Shown here: piece by piece, positions 9,511 to 18,812 of the stretch
How positions within the stretch are numbered: the stretch's first letter is position 1
Layout: each line of letters opens with the position of its first letter
NCBI GenBank assembly: GCA_030153785.1
Contig: JASKLF010000001.1
Span: 54,353-118,352, forward strand
Source of the DNA: a bacterium
Lineage (GTDB): Bacteria; Synergistota; GBS-1
Direction: 5' to 3'
Length of the DNA stretch: 64,000 bases
The notes under the pieces: model-generated
Seen by the model: only the letters and a program-made list of their open reading frames with translations
The model's database searches: none
What the model was told of the DNA's origin: nothing
Program-made: the position numbers and the translations under genes

Positions 9511-10238
9511 AGCTCCTCCCTCCCCATCTCAGAAATTCTCCAAAGAACACCTTCCACATGCAACCTCATCAATTCCTCCACCTCTTTAGCTTTCCTCTGG
9601 ATAATAAGCTCCAGTATTTTCTCATGATCCTCAAGAGACTTTTCCATCACTCCCGTAATATAAAGAGACCTGAGTCTGTATGTGTTGATGTAAGATACAA
9701 TGCTTTCCAACATCCTGGAAAGTCTCTCATTACCCGATGAAAACCATATGAAGCGATGAAACTCGGCATCAAGCTCCGAATAAGCAATTACATCCCTTTC
9801 TTCCGCAACCTTCTTCATTCTCTCAAGTTTTCTCTTGAGATTCTCTATCTCCTCTGCTCCACATCTTTTAGCAAAAAGTTTAACTGCAAGTCCTTCTAAA
9901 ACGCTCCTTATCTGAAAAACGTTCTCTATATCCTTTAAAGAAAATTTCGTCACAAAAGCTCCTTGATTAGGAATAAGCTCAACTAATCCTTCAACAGCAA
10001 GACGACGTATAGCCTCCCTCACAGGAGTCCTACTTGTGCCTAACTGAGAAGCAAGCTGGGTTTCAACCAGTCTACTACCACCCTCTAACTCCCCTTTAAG
10101 AATTGCCTCTTTAATAACCCTATAAACTTTCTGATTTAAAGGCTCATCTCTTTCAACTTTCCCTAACGAAATTCCCTCATCACCTCCTGTATACTGTATA
10201 CAGTATACCATAAGGGGAGCAAAATAAAAAGCTTTCAA
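9507..10238 (-). CDS. GntR/FadR-family transcriptional regulator, LldR/LctA-like
   Basis: Winged-HTH (LASQLGTSRTPVREAIRRLAVEGLV) followed by an FCD-type C-terminal domain. The ORF-track start is a TTG overlapping the upstream stop. The first in-frame ATG, at about 10211, is the more plausible start and gives about 234 aa. Confidence 0.8.
   Translation of the reverse strand: MKAFYFAPLMVYCIQYTGGDEGISLGKVERDEPLNQKVYRVIKEAILKGELEGGSRLVETQLASQLGTSRTPVREAIRRLAVEGLVELIPNQGAFVTKFSLKDIENVFQIRSVLEGLAVKLFAKRCGAEEIENLKRKLERMKKVAEERDVIAYSELDAEFHRFIWFSSGNERLSRMLESIVSYINTYRLRSLYITGVMEKSLEDHEKILELIIQRKAKEVEELMRLHVEGVLWRISEMGREEL
10189..10208. promoter_or_regulatory. Perfect 20-nt palindrome GTATAC-T-GTATAC-A-GTATAC. 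Candidate GntR-family operator, likely autoregulatory for the lct cluster.
   Basis: Three GTATAC hexamers spaced by single nucleotides form a perfect inverted repeat lying across codons 2-8 of the gntR ORF. FadR-subfamily operators are palindromes with GT..AC cores. An AGGAGGTG Shine-Dalgarno-like motif follows immediately. Confidence 0.6.
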
Positions 10239-11331
10239 CGCAACAAATGAATATTACCAAGAGAAACATTTTTTAAACCCGCATTAACAGCTATTTCATA
10301 ACACCTATATGCTTGTTCTTTAGAGGTTAAAGGCAGGTCCTTCATATAAAATTGGGGGTAAAAGGCAAGCAATCTGTAAGGAATATTTTCATTTATCTTA
10401 GCAATAAAGGTAGCTATTCCTTCCACTTCCCTCTCATCCACATACCCTGGGACAAGAAGGGTACTAGCGATAAGGAGGGGAACCTCTGGTCTTCTTACAA
10501 TGTATTGAGCTACAAAACCAAAGTTATCCAGAATCTTTTTGTTCGAAACCCCAGTTAAAGCGATATGAAGGGCTTCGTTCCAAGCCTTAAGATCAAACTT
10601 AATGCATCCCCCGGAAAACAATGAAAGCTCCACAACATCTTTTAAAAGCCCTCTATTCATTAATCCATTGGTCTCCCAGCATATTCTTAAAATTCTTCCT
10701 TTCGTCTTTTGAATAGCTTCCCTCGAAACTTTTATAGCAAAAGGAAGCTGAGGAGAAGGATCACCCCCAAAAAAACATATGCAAGAAACCTTCGAATCGA
10801 TGGAAGCTAAAATCTCTTCCACCCTTTTAGTTTCAGGACTAAGGGCGAGCTTCTTAAACTGCCAATTTTGACAGAAAAGGCAATTTAAGCTACACGCATG
10901 GAAAAATACCGCTAAGTTATAGTAGCCATATTCAGGCCCACGCGCATAAGCATAATCAGGGTATCCGCAACCCGTGCCTCCAGGGCAAACCCAGTCGGCA
11001 ACACAATTCGTAGGGAGAGGGTCTAAATACCACGAAACCTTTGCCTCCCCGTAGGAAGGCCCCTTCAAGTTCTTTCCTATATTCCTTCTTAAGCCACAAA
11101 AGCCATACTCATCTTCCGGCACTTGACATTCATTAGCACATAAATTACACTTAATTCCCACAGGGCTTCTGGGAATGGGGAAAGGAAGGTTAAAGTAGGC
11201 TTTTCTGCTTTCCTGGTGGGCCTTCATAACAAACGGTAAGGCCTCTTGAGGAAAGTCTCTAATACAATCAACACAGACTCCTAATAACTGTGAAATAATA
11301 GGAACTTTCCTTTTACATATTTGGCAAATCA
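10235..11331 (-). CDS. Radical SAM protein of the PflX / PFL-activating-enzyme-like family, with an N-terminal CxxC...CxxC zinc-ribbon
   Basis: CSLNCLFCQNW matches the CxxxCxxC radical-SAM motif. The N-terminus carries CQIC...CVDC. The ORF track extends to 11491, but the ATG at about 11331 (MICQICKRK) with a GGGGGT RBS avoids overlap with the divergent gene at 11376. Confidence 0.7.
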
Positions 11332-11375
11332 TATTTACCCCCAACAAGGATTTTATCATAAGGGAGTGAGAAACA

Positions 11376-12317
11376 TTGAGGCGTTGTAAAATTTGCCAAA
11401 AGGAAGCGGTTGTTTTCTTCAAGTCACATAGAATATCCCTATGTGAGGAACATCTTAAAAGTTTTGTAGAAAAGAGAGTTAAGGAAGCCATTAAATCTCA
11501 TAAAATGATAAACAGGGGAGAAAAGATCCTGATTGCTGTCTCTGGTGGAAAAGATAGCTTAAGCTTATGGCAAATATTGACAAATTTGGGATACGAAGCT
11601 GACGGCATGTTTATCGACCTTGGAATTCCAGGATTTTCTCAAGAATCGTGGGAAAAATGTGAAAAGCTCTCCCGAAGACTTTCAAGGAAGCTATTTAAAA
11701 CGAGCTTAGAGGAAATCTTTGGCATGAACCTGCTTGATATAGCCAAATTGGAAAGAAGAGTTCCTTGCGCTTCCTGCGGAATGATAAAAAGATATATAAT
11801 GAATAATTTTGCCCTAAAAAACGGATATAAGGTTATAGCCACAGGGCATCACCTTGATGACGAATGCTCTATCCTACTCGGAAATGTTCTCAATTGGCAA
11901 GTAGAATACTTAAGGAGGCAAGACCCATCTCTCAAAGAGGAAAATGGGTTTGTAAGGAAAATAAAGCCACTTGTTTTATGCAGCGAAGAGGAGATAGAAA
12001 ACTATGCAAGAGTTATGAATATAGACCACGTGGGGAAAGGATGCCCTCTCTCAAAAGGAGCAACGTCTCACTTTTACAAAAGCATAATGAACCAAATAGA
12101 GGAGAAAATGCCTGGAACAAAACTTCGGTTCTATAAAGGCTTTCTAAAAATAAAGAAAGATACCTTCGGGGATGAAAAACCAGCTGAGCTTAAACCTTGC
12201 ATTAGATGTGGCTATCCTACAACTGCTGAGATCTGTTCCTTTTGCAGACTTCACGAGAGGATCAAGACCAAAATTTCGCAACAAAATCCTGAAAAGATGG
12301 AGGAACCCTTATCCTAA
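11376..12317 (+). CDS. PP-loop ATPase of the TtuA/TtcA/NcsA family. Probable tRNA 2-thiolation enzyme with two zinc-fingers and a CxxC...C Fe-S site.
   Basis: SGGKDS PP-loop; N-terminal CKIC...C...H; internal CASCG and GHHLDD; C-terminal CIRCG...CSFC. TTG start with an AGGGAG RBS. Confidence 0.75.
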   Translation: MRRCKICQKEAVVFFKSHRISLCEEHLKSFVEKRVKEAIKSHKMINRGEKILIAVSGGKDSLSLWQILTNLGYEADGMFIDLGIPGFSQESWEKCEKLSRRLSRKLFKTSLEEIFGMNLLDIAKLERRVPCASCGMIKRYIMNNFALKNGYKVIATGHHLDDECSILLGNVLNWQVEYLRRQDPSLKEENGFVRKIKPLVLCSEEEIENYARVMNIDHVGKGCPLSKGATSHFYKSIMNQIEEKMPGTKLRFYKGFLKIKKDTFGDEKPAELKPCIRCGYPTTAEICSFCRLHERIKTKISQQNPEKMEEPLS

Positions 12318-13350
12318 CAAAGGAAGAACTCAAAGAAGCAAAGTTCCGACCGCTTACAGAGAGAATCCCTCTTTCCTTAAGAAAGGAGTAAAGGTCTTCT
12401 CCATCCTTCCAAAGAAGAAAAATGGGAACCTCAAGAGCCGTTTTGGAAAAGCTATAACCTTTATCATAAAGAAATTCTAAGATCTTCTTCTTTATCTCCC
12501 TTACACGAGCCTTGCTTTGTTCTAAAAAAGAGAGATCTTTCAATGCTCTTATGGCAATCTCTTCAGAAAACGAAGATATTTCGAAAGGCAGGTTTACCTT
12601 AGAATACAGTTCTCTCAGCTCCCTACCTCTTACAACAGCGTAACCCACCCTTAGGCCAGCTAAACCAAATCCTTTAGAAAAAGATCTAACAACTATCAGG
12701 TTAGGATAATTAAGGTTTATCGCAGAATTATTGTCTTCCATAAAATCGCCGTAAGCTTCATCTACCACTACCACCACTCCCAGTTTAAAAGCCTTATCTG
12801 TCAAAAGCTTTATAGCTTCAAGAGGAATCACTTGCCCCGTGGGATTATTAGGATTGTCTATATAAAGAACGGTATGTTTTTCAGAAAGCCTATCCATTAG
12901 CTCCTCGAATCGAAACTCAAACCCGTCTTCAGCCTTTAAAGCCACGCTCTCATATACTCCACCGCAAACTTTAACCTCCGTCACATATTCTGTAAACTGG
13001 GGAGAATACCCTAAAACTAAGGATCCTTCCTTAAGAAGCGCTTTATTTATCTTCTCTAAACACCCCATGGAGCCAGAACCAATGAACACATCGTTTTCTT
13101 CGAATAGGTTACCCCACCGCTCTACAATGGCCTTTCTTAAACGATGATAATAGGGATCTGGATAGTCACCCATGTTAATCCTTTCCAAGGTCAGCGATTC
13201 TAAGATACCGCGGGGAAAACCAAAGGGATTTTGCCCCAGGGAGCAATCAAGAAGATCGCTCCCTGGGGTTTCCTCTTCAACATAACTCTCCCTTTTTAAG
13301 GAAAGTAAGGATTTTCTAATCTTACTTTCGTAAAGCCTAAAGTTTACCAT
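12262..13350 (-). CDS. Class I/II PLP aminotransferase of the HisC/CobD family. Histidinol-phosphate aminotransferase-like, or threonine-phosphate decarboxylase-like.
   Basis: 362 aa with DEAYGDF and the [18 protein letters not shown]-lysine motif. Its start overlaps the stop of the upstream class III aminotransferase. Confidence 0.75.
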   Translation of the reverse strand: MVNFRLYESKIRKSLLSLKRESYVEEETPGSDLLDCSLGQNPFGFPRGILESLTLERINMGDYPDPYYHRLRKAIVERWGNLFEENDVFIGSGSMGCLEKINKALLKEGSLVLGYSPQFTEYVTEVKVCGGVYESVALKAEDGFEFRFEELMDRLSEKHTVLYIDNPNNPTGQVIPLEAIKLLTDKAFKLGVVVVVDEAYGDFMEDNNSAINLNYPNLIVVRSFSKGFGLAGLRVGYAVVRGRELRELYSKVNLPFEISSFSEEIAIRALKDLSFLEQSKARVREIKKKILEFLYDKGYSFSKTALEVPIFLLWKDGEDLYSFLKERGILSVSGRNFASLSSSFVRIRVPPSFQDFVAKFWS

Positions 13351-14735
13351 CCTCTTAAGAACCTCAAAACATCGTCAGAAACCTTCCCATCACGAACATC
13401 CTTCATAGATGACTTTATTATGTCCAGAGCTTTATCAAGCTCTTCCTCCTTTATAATTAAAGGAGGTGCTATCCTCAAAACGTTACCTCCCTTACCAAAG
13501 GTAACCAATATAAGTCCTCTCTCCCATGCTCTCCAACAAATCTTTAAAGCGGTATTCCTGTCAGGCTCCTTAGTCTCCCTATCTTTAACTATGTCTATCC
13601 CTATCAGAAAAGCTACCCCTCTGATATCGCCGATGAACTCGAACTCATCCTTCATCCTGCTAAATTCATCTAAAACCCTTTTGCCAAGCCTGTTTGCCCT
13701 TTCAAGAAGACCCTCTTCCTCAATGGCTTCAATCGTAGCCAAAGCAGCCCTTGCATTGACAGCATGTCCGCAGTGAGTAAAAACGAAAAGAGGTGGAGGA
13801 ACGCTTTCCATAATTTCTTCCTTACCAATAGTAGCCGAAATGGGCATTCCACCCCCCAAAGCTTTAGCGCTAACTATGATATCTGGAACAACCTCGAAAT
13901 TCTCTATTGCCCACCATTTACCAGTGCGACCCATACCAGTTTGTACCTCTTCATCAATCAATACAATGTTATATTTATCGGCTAAATCTCTTAGGCCCAC
14001 GATAAATTCCTTTGGAGGAATAACTACTCCCGCATCCCCCTGCATAGGCTCTAAAACGATACCAGCAACTTCTCCATCAAGTTCTTTAATTTTACTTTCC
14101 ACCTCTGCCAAGGCTTTAGAGCTCAAAGCGCTGGGGTCCCTATAACCATCGATCCCCCATTTATTCCTATATGGATCAGCGTATTCAACAAAGTGGACAT
14201 CGGGTATAGGAAAGACCTTGCCCCTCACCTCAGATTTAACGATCCCTGTTAGCGAGAGGGAACCGTAGGTTGTGCCATGATATGAATCCTTAAAAGCTAT
14301 AATATGTCTCCTACCCGTGTAAGCCCTTGCAGCCTTTATAGCAGAGTCAACCCCATCGGAACCGGAAAAGCCGAAAGTAACTTTTTTCTTAAAATTACCC
14401 GGTGTTATCTGGGTAAGCCTCTTTGCCAATTCTACAGGTGCTTCCTCATAAAGATAGGCAATCGTATAGTTTAAAACCTTTTCTATTTGGTCCCTTATAG
14501 CTGCTAAAACCTTAGGATGCCTATGACCTACATTGTAAACACAAGCGCTGGTTAAAAAGTCTATGTATTCATTCCCGTCCTTATCCCAAACCTTAGCCCC
14601 CTCAGCCCTTTCAACGCATAAGGGATAATACTTGAGCCCGGAAGCGGAAGCCACATATTCATCAGAATCTTTGACCCTCTTTAAGCTCTCATCAACCTTA
14701 AGAGAAACATATTTCTCTATATCCTCCCACCGCAT
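13344..14735 (-). CDS. Class III PLP aminotransferase of the GABA/ornithine/omega-amino acid transaminase family
   Basis: 463 aa with the typical class-III layout and a [15 protein letters not shown] motif at the PLP-binding region. Confidence 0.8.
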   Translation of the reverse strand: MRWEDIEKYVSLKVDESLKRVKDSDEYVASASGLKYYPLCVERAEGAKVWDKDGNEYIDFLTSACVYNVGHRHPKVLAAIRDQIEKVLNYTIAYLYEEAPVELAKRLTQITPGNFKKKVTFGFSGSDGVDSAIKAARAYTGRRHIIAFKDSYHGTTYGSLSLTGIVKSEVRGKVFPIPDVHFVEYADPYRNKWGIDGYRDPSALSSKALAEVESKIKELDGEVAGIVLEPMQGDAGVVIPPKEFIVGLRDLADKYNIVLIDEEVQTGMGRTGKWWAIENFEVVPDIIVSAKALGGGMPISATIGKEEIMESVPPPLFVFTHCGHAVNARAALATIEAIEEEGLLERANRLGKRVLDEFSRMKDEFEFIGDIRGVAFLIGIDIVKDRETKEPDRNTALKICWRAWERGLILVTFGKGGNVLRIAPPLIIKEEELDKALDIIKSSMKDVRDGKVSDDVLRFLRGW

Positions 14736-14757
14736 GAAAACACCTCCCCTTTTGTTT

Positions 14758-15903
14758 TTAAGCTTTTGACCAAAACTCTTTTTTCCAATCAGGATTTATT
14801 ATCCTTATAATTCCAACCGTAACAAGAGGGATAAAGTAAATGGCGAAGAAAACCCAAGCCAATATCCCATATCCCTTCGCCACAAGAGCTATTATTCCAT
14901 AGCGAGCAAAAAGTATAGAAATTATGGCTATTACAGTAGCAATTATTCCCTCCTGAGTTCTGGATAATCCAACCCCCTTTATCTCCTTAAGCTGAACCTC
15001 AACCCTTCTTACTATTGCATGAATCATGCCTGTTCCGGTTTCTATCAATGTCCAAAACACGGCAAGAACATAAAATCCTCGAAGCCAAAGCCCACCTATG
15101 GTTTTCATTATTTCATACCATGGAACCGGAGCATTAACAATCTCAGGTCTCGTGTAAAATCCAAGGAGGCATAACCACGTCAAAAAGAAAGCCATACTTA
15201 CGAGCAAAGAGGAAGTTAACCCCGCCATGAGGGAATCGCTTCTCCTTTCAAGTCTGTCAATGGTAAATAAAACAGCAGGTAAGGCAGGCATATTATAAGC
15301 GAAATACTTAATTCCAGCTATAGAAGCATCCCAAGGAGTCTCCGCGCTAAGCCCTTTCTCAAAAGCCATTCCGATGTCTCCCCAAGCATACTTAAGCGTA
15401 ATACCCCACAAAATAGCATACATAGCATAAAGAATAACAGTACCGATAACCTCAAACCATTCTATAGCAAACCTTCCGTAAAAATGAAGAATTCCTATAG
15501 CTCCTATGACCACCACCGCACTAAGCATATACGGGAGTTTAAGCATGTCTTTCATTATATTTGCAGCCGCAGAACCAACCACAGCTATAACTATGATTGC
15601 CAAAACAATAAATGCTATATCAAATACAGGCCAAAACTTCCATAGAAGACCTTTCACCCAGGTTCTGTAATCGAAAGTTTTATTTATCCTCGCAAGCTCA
15701 TAGGAAAGAAAGGCAGCAATGAAAAAACCAAGCGTTATAAAGACGATTGAGTATACACCATTAACCCCAAACCTACCCCCGAATTCCATTACCTCTCTTC
15801 CTGTCGTAAATCCCCCGCCCATATAAATAGACTGAAAGACTATGGCAGGAAGAAACCAACGGAAAAAAATACCATACTTTCCTTTGCTCTCCACTTTACT
15901 CAC
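14758..15903 (-). CDS. YkvI-family polytopic membrane transporter (amino acid / amine permease-like)
   Basis: 381 aa and about 11 TM segments. The N-terminal [13 protein letters not shown] motif is characteristic of the YkvI family. First gene of a 3-gene operon with two aminotransferases. Confidence 0.6.
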   Translation of the reverse strand: MSKVESKGKYGIFFRWFLPAIVFQSIYMGGGFTTGREVMEFGGRFGVNGVYSIVFITLGFFIAAFLSYELARINKTFDYRTWVKGLLWKFWPVFDIAFIVLAIIVIAVVGSAAANIMKDMLKLPYMLSAVVVIGAIGILHFYGRFAIEWFEVIGTVILYAMYAILWGITLKYAWGDIGMAFEKGLSAETPWDASIAGIKYFAYNMPALPAVLFTIDRLERRSDSLMAGLTSSLLVSMAFFLTWLCLLGFYTRPEIVNAPVPWYEIMKTIGGLWLRGFYVLAVFWTLIETGTGMIHAIVRRVEVQLKEIKGVGLSRTQEGIIATVIAIISILFARYGIIALVAKGYGILAWVFFAIYFIPLVTVGIIRIINPDWKKEFWSKA

Positions 15904-15921
15904 CTCTCCTCTTAAAATTCT

Positions 15922-15948
15922 GGGGAGAGAAAGCCTCTTTCTCTCCCC
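15922..15948 (-). terminator. Hairpin GGGGAGAGAAAG-cct-CTTTCTCTCCCC, likely terminator downstream of ilvD
   Basis: 12-bp perfect stem in the 57-bp gap between the ilvD stop and the start of the next operon. Confidence 0.55.
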
Positions 15949-15960
15949 GGATCAAATTCT

Positions 15961-17631
15961 TTATTCGCCAAGCAATATTGCACCCTTATTAGCCGAGGTA
16001 ACAAGCTTAGCATATCTGGCTAAATAGCCACTTTTGAACTTTGAGGGTGGTGGAGACCACTGAGCGAGTCTTCTTTTTATCTCCTCATCTGGCACGCGAA
16101 GGGTTAACTTCCTGTTAGGAATATCTATCTCTATCTCATCACCCTCTTCAACTATGGCTATAGGACCACCTCTTTGGGCTTCAGGAGAAACGTGCCCTAT
16201 AACGGCACCTCTACTTGCTCCGGAAAACCTACCATCGGTAATCAAAGCTACACTTCCATCAAGTCCCATGCCTGCAATTGCAGAAGTAGGACCGAGCATT
16301 TCTCTCATACCGGGACCACCTGCCGGCCCTTCGTACCTTATAACAACTACATCTCCCTCCCTAATCTTGCCACCATATATGGCCTCTATGGCCTCCTCCT
16401 CCGAGTTAAAAACTCTCGCCTTACCAACATGATAAAGCATTTCCTTCTTAACCGCAGACTCTTTAACGACAGCACCATCGGGAGCAAGGTTCCCCCAAAG
16501 AATAGCAAGCCCACCCCTTGGACTATAGGGGTCTTCAACGCTTCTTATCACATTTCTATCAAGAATTTCAACATCCTTAATAAGCTCCCCCATGGTCACC
16601 CCCATTACAGTCATGGCATCCAAGTGGAGAAGGCCGAGCCTTGAAAGCTCTTTCAAAACAGCAGGAATTCCTCCTGCCCTATTTAAGTCCTCTATGTGCT
16701 GCTTGCTGGCGGGGGACAATTTACATATGGTGGGAGTTTTTCGCGAAAGTTCATCAAATTTCGTTAACGGAAGCTCCACCCCAGCTTCATTAGCAATGGC
16801 AGTAAGGTGTAAAACTGAATTAGTAGAACCACCAAGGGCGAGATCCAAAACAATGGCATTCTCAAAGGCCTTTTCGGTCATTATATCTCTTGCCTTTATA
16901 CCCTGTTTCACCATTTCCACTACCCTAACCCCGGCTTTAAAAGCTATTCTCTTCCTTATACCATCAAAGCCAGCTGGAACCGTGCCATTGCCAGGAACCG
17001 CCATTCCTAAACCTTCGGACAAACAATTCATGGTATTTGCAGTGAACATCCCCGCACAGGAGCCACAACCGGGACAAGCAATCATTTCCAAGCCTTCAAG
17101 CTCCTTCTCTGTAATCTCCCCTTTTTTCTGCTTTCCAACCCATTCAAAAACGGTAGAGAGGTCAACACTCTCTCCTTTGTAAATAGAGGAAAACATTGGT
17201 CCTCCACTAACTATCACAGCAGGGATATTAAGGCGAGCAGCAGCCATAAGCATGCCCGGAATTATCTTGTCGCAATTAGTAATAAGTACAAGCCCATCAA
17301 ACTGATGAGCGTTAGTCATAAGCTCTATAGAATCGGCAATTACCTCTCTTGATGGGAGAGAACACCTCATTCCTTCGTGCCCCATCGCTATTCCATCGCA
17401 TATTCCTATTACGGGAAACTCTACTGGTGTCCCCCCAGCATGCATAACTCCTCTTTTTGCAGCATAGGCAATGAAGTCAAGGTGAACATGTCCAGGAATT
17501 ATTTCATTGGCAGCGTTAACAATACCTATTATGGGCTTTTTAAGCTCTTCCGGGGAATAACCTGCAGCATAAAAGAGAGATCTATGGGGAGCCCTTTCAG
17601 CTCCTTCTATAACCTTTCTGCTTCTTAACAT
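15961..17631 (-). CDS. ilvD: Dihydroxy-acid dehydratase
   Basis: 556 aa with a canonical IlvD/EDD N-terminus and Cys ligand region (CDGIAMGH). GGGGAGGTG RBS. Confidence 0.95.
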   Translation of the reverse strand: MLRSRKVIEGAERAPHRSLFYAAGYSPEELKKPIIGIVNAANEIIPGHVHLDFIAYAAKRGVMHAGGTPVEFPVIGICDGIAMGHEGMRCSLPSREVIADSIELMTNAHQFDGLVLITNCDKIIPGMLMAAARLNIPAVIVSGGPMFSSIYKGESVDLSTVFEWVGKQKKGEITEKELEGLEMIACPGCGSCAGMFTANTMNCLSEGLGMAVPGNGTVPAGFDGIRKRIAFKAGVRVVEMVKQGIKARDIMTEKAFENAIVLDLALGGSTNSVLHLTAIANEAGVELPLTKFDELSRKTPTICKLSPASKQHIEDLNRAGGIPAVLKELSRLGLLHLDAMTVMGVTMGELIKDVEILDRNVIRSVEDPYSPRGGLAILWGNLAPDGAVVKESAVKKEMLYHVGKARVFNSEEEAIEAIYGGKIREGDVVVIRYEGPAGGPGMREMLGPTSAIAGMGLDGSVALITDGRFSGASRGAVIGHVSPEAQRGGPIAIVEEGDEIEIDIPNRKLTLRVPDEEIKRRLAQWSPPPSKFKSGYLARYAKLVTSANKGAILLGE

Positions 17632-17663
17632 AAAAACACCTCCCCTTTAACATTAACAGAATA

Positions 17664-17688
17664 GCGGGGTGACTTTAAGTCACCCCGC
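17664..17688 (-). terminator. Hairpin GCGGGGTGAC-tttaa-GTCACCCCGC, terminator of the TRAP operon
   Basis: 10-bp GC-rich stem followed on the minus strand by a T-rich tract. It sits between the dctP stop and the ilvD start. Confidence 0.6.
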
Positions 17689-17731
17689 TAATAGCTTTTC
17701 CATAAATTATGCAAGACTCACAAGCCCAAGA

Positions 17732-18775
17732 TTAAGGCCTCTGCCAGGTCGACCTAAACTTCTCTCTAAAGCCATTGTAAGATTCCAAAACTTTGGCGGT
17801 AAACGGATCTTTCTTAGCCTGTTCGGCATAGTATTTATCGGCCTCAGCTATAAATGCGTCCTCTATCTCCTTGGGTAGCTGAAGCACCTGGACTCCCGCT
17901 TTACGGAACTTGTCCAGCGCCTCCAAGTCAGCCTTAATCGCCTTCGCATAGTATATGAAAGCCTCTTCTGTCCAAGCAGACTCTATGATCCTCTGCAAGT
18001 CTTTTGGAATTTGCTCCCACTTTTTCTTGTTAAAGAAGAACGGATTCCACTCATATGGATGTCTTACCGGAGAAAGATAAATATACTTTCCAGCTTCTTG
18101 AAGCCCCATCGTCCAGTTAACTGCAGGGCTTGCTGCCTCATAGGCGTCGATAACACCACGGTGCATAGCCTCAAAGACCTCACCCACTGGCATTAGAGTA
18201 CAAGCAGCTCCAAGTCTATCAAGAATTGCAGCACCGTCTCCTGCAGAACGAATTCTCATTCCCTTAAGGTCTGCCACGCTCTTAAGAGGTTTATTGGTCA
18301 CGAGGAAGATCTCCGGTGGAGCTAACTGACCAGCGCCCCTCAATATCTGAACGTTATAATCCTTTAACATCTCAACTATGAGCTCGTGACCTCCCCCTTC
18401 GAGAACCCAAAGCAATGCCTCAGAGGGAGACATCCCCGCAGGCTTCGCGGTAAATATGGGAGCTGCAGGCCATCTATCCCTGTAGTACATGTAACAGGTA
18501 TCAGCAAAGTCCAAAACCCCTCTGTGAACGCCATCAAGCTCCTTTGTCGCTGGGGATATTGCCCCTGCAGGATAAATTTTAAATACCAACCTCCCACCAC
18601 TTGCAGCTTCCGCATTTTTACAAGCCCTTACAAGCGATTCATAAAAAACATTGCCCGATGGCATACGAGACTGCCCTGTAAAGGTGTAAACCTTCTCCTG
18701 CGCATAGACCAAGCCTGTAGCAACAAGAAGCACCAACATACAAGCAAACACCATCAACCAGCCCTTTCTCCGCAT
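17732..18775 (-). CDS. dctP: TRAP transporter solute-binding subunit (DctP family)
   Basis: 347 aa with a signal peptide. Downstream of the dctQ and dctM permease genes. Confidence 0.8.
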   Translation of the reverse strand: MRRKGWLMVFACMLVLLVATGLVYAQEKVYTFTGQSRMPSGNVFYESLVRACKNAEAASGGRLVFKIYPAGAISPATKELDGVHRGVLDFADTCYMYYRDRWPAAPIFTAKPAGMSPSEALLWVLEGGGHELIVEMLKDYNVQILRGAGQLAPPEIFLVTNKPLKSVADLKGMRIRSAGDGAAILDRLGAACTLMPVGEVFEAMHRGVIDAYEAASPAVNWTMGLQEAGKYIYLSPVRHPYEWNPFFFNKKKWEQIPKDLQRIIESAWTEEAFIYYAKAIKADLEALDKFRKAGVQVLQLPKEIEDAFIAEADKYYAEQAKKDPFTAKVLESYNGFREKFRSTWQRP

Positions 18776-18812
18776 AATACACTACCTCCTTTCATTTTTT
18801 ATAATTTACCTT

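Noticed and set aside
11332-11491. 160-nt N-terminal extension of the radical SAM ORF (MASLTLF...) overlapping the divergent TtuA-like gene
   Set aside because: The extension has no RBS and would overlap the start of the oppositely oriented gene. The ATG at about 11331 has a GGGGGT RBS and begins exactly at the zinc-ribbon.
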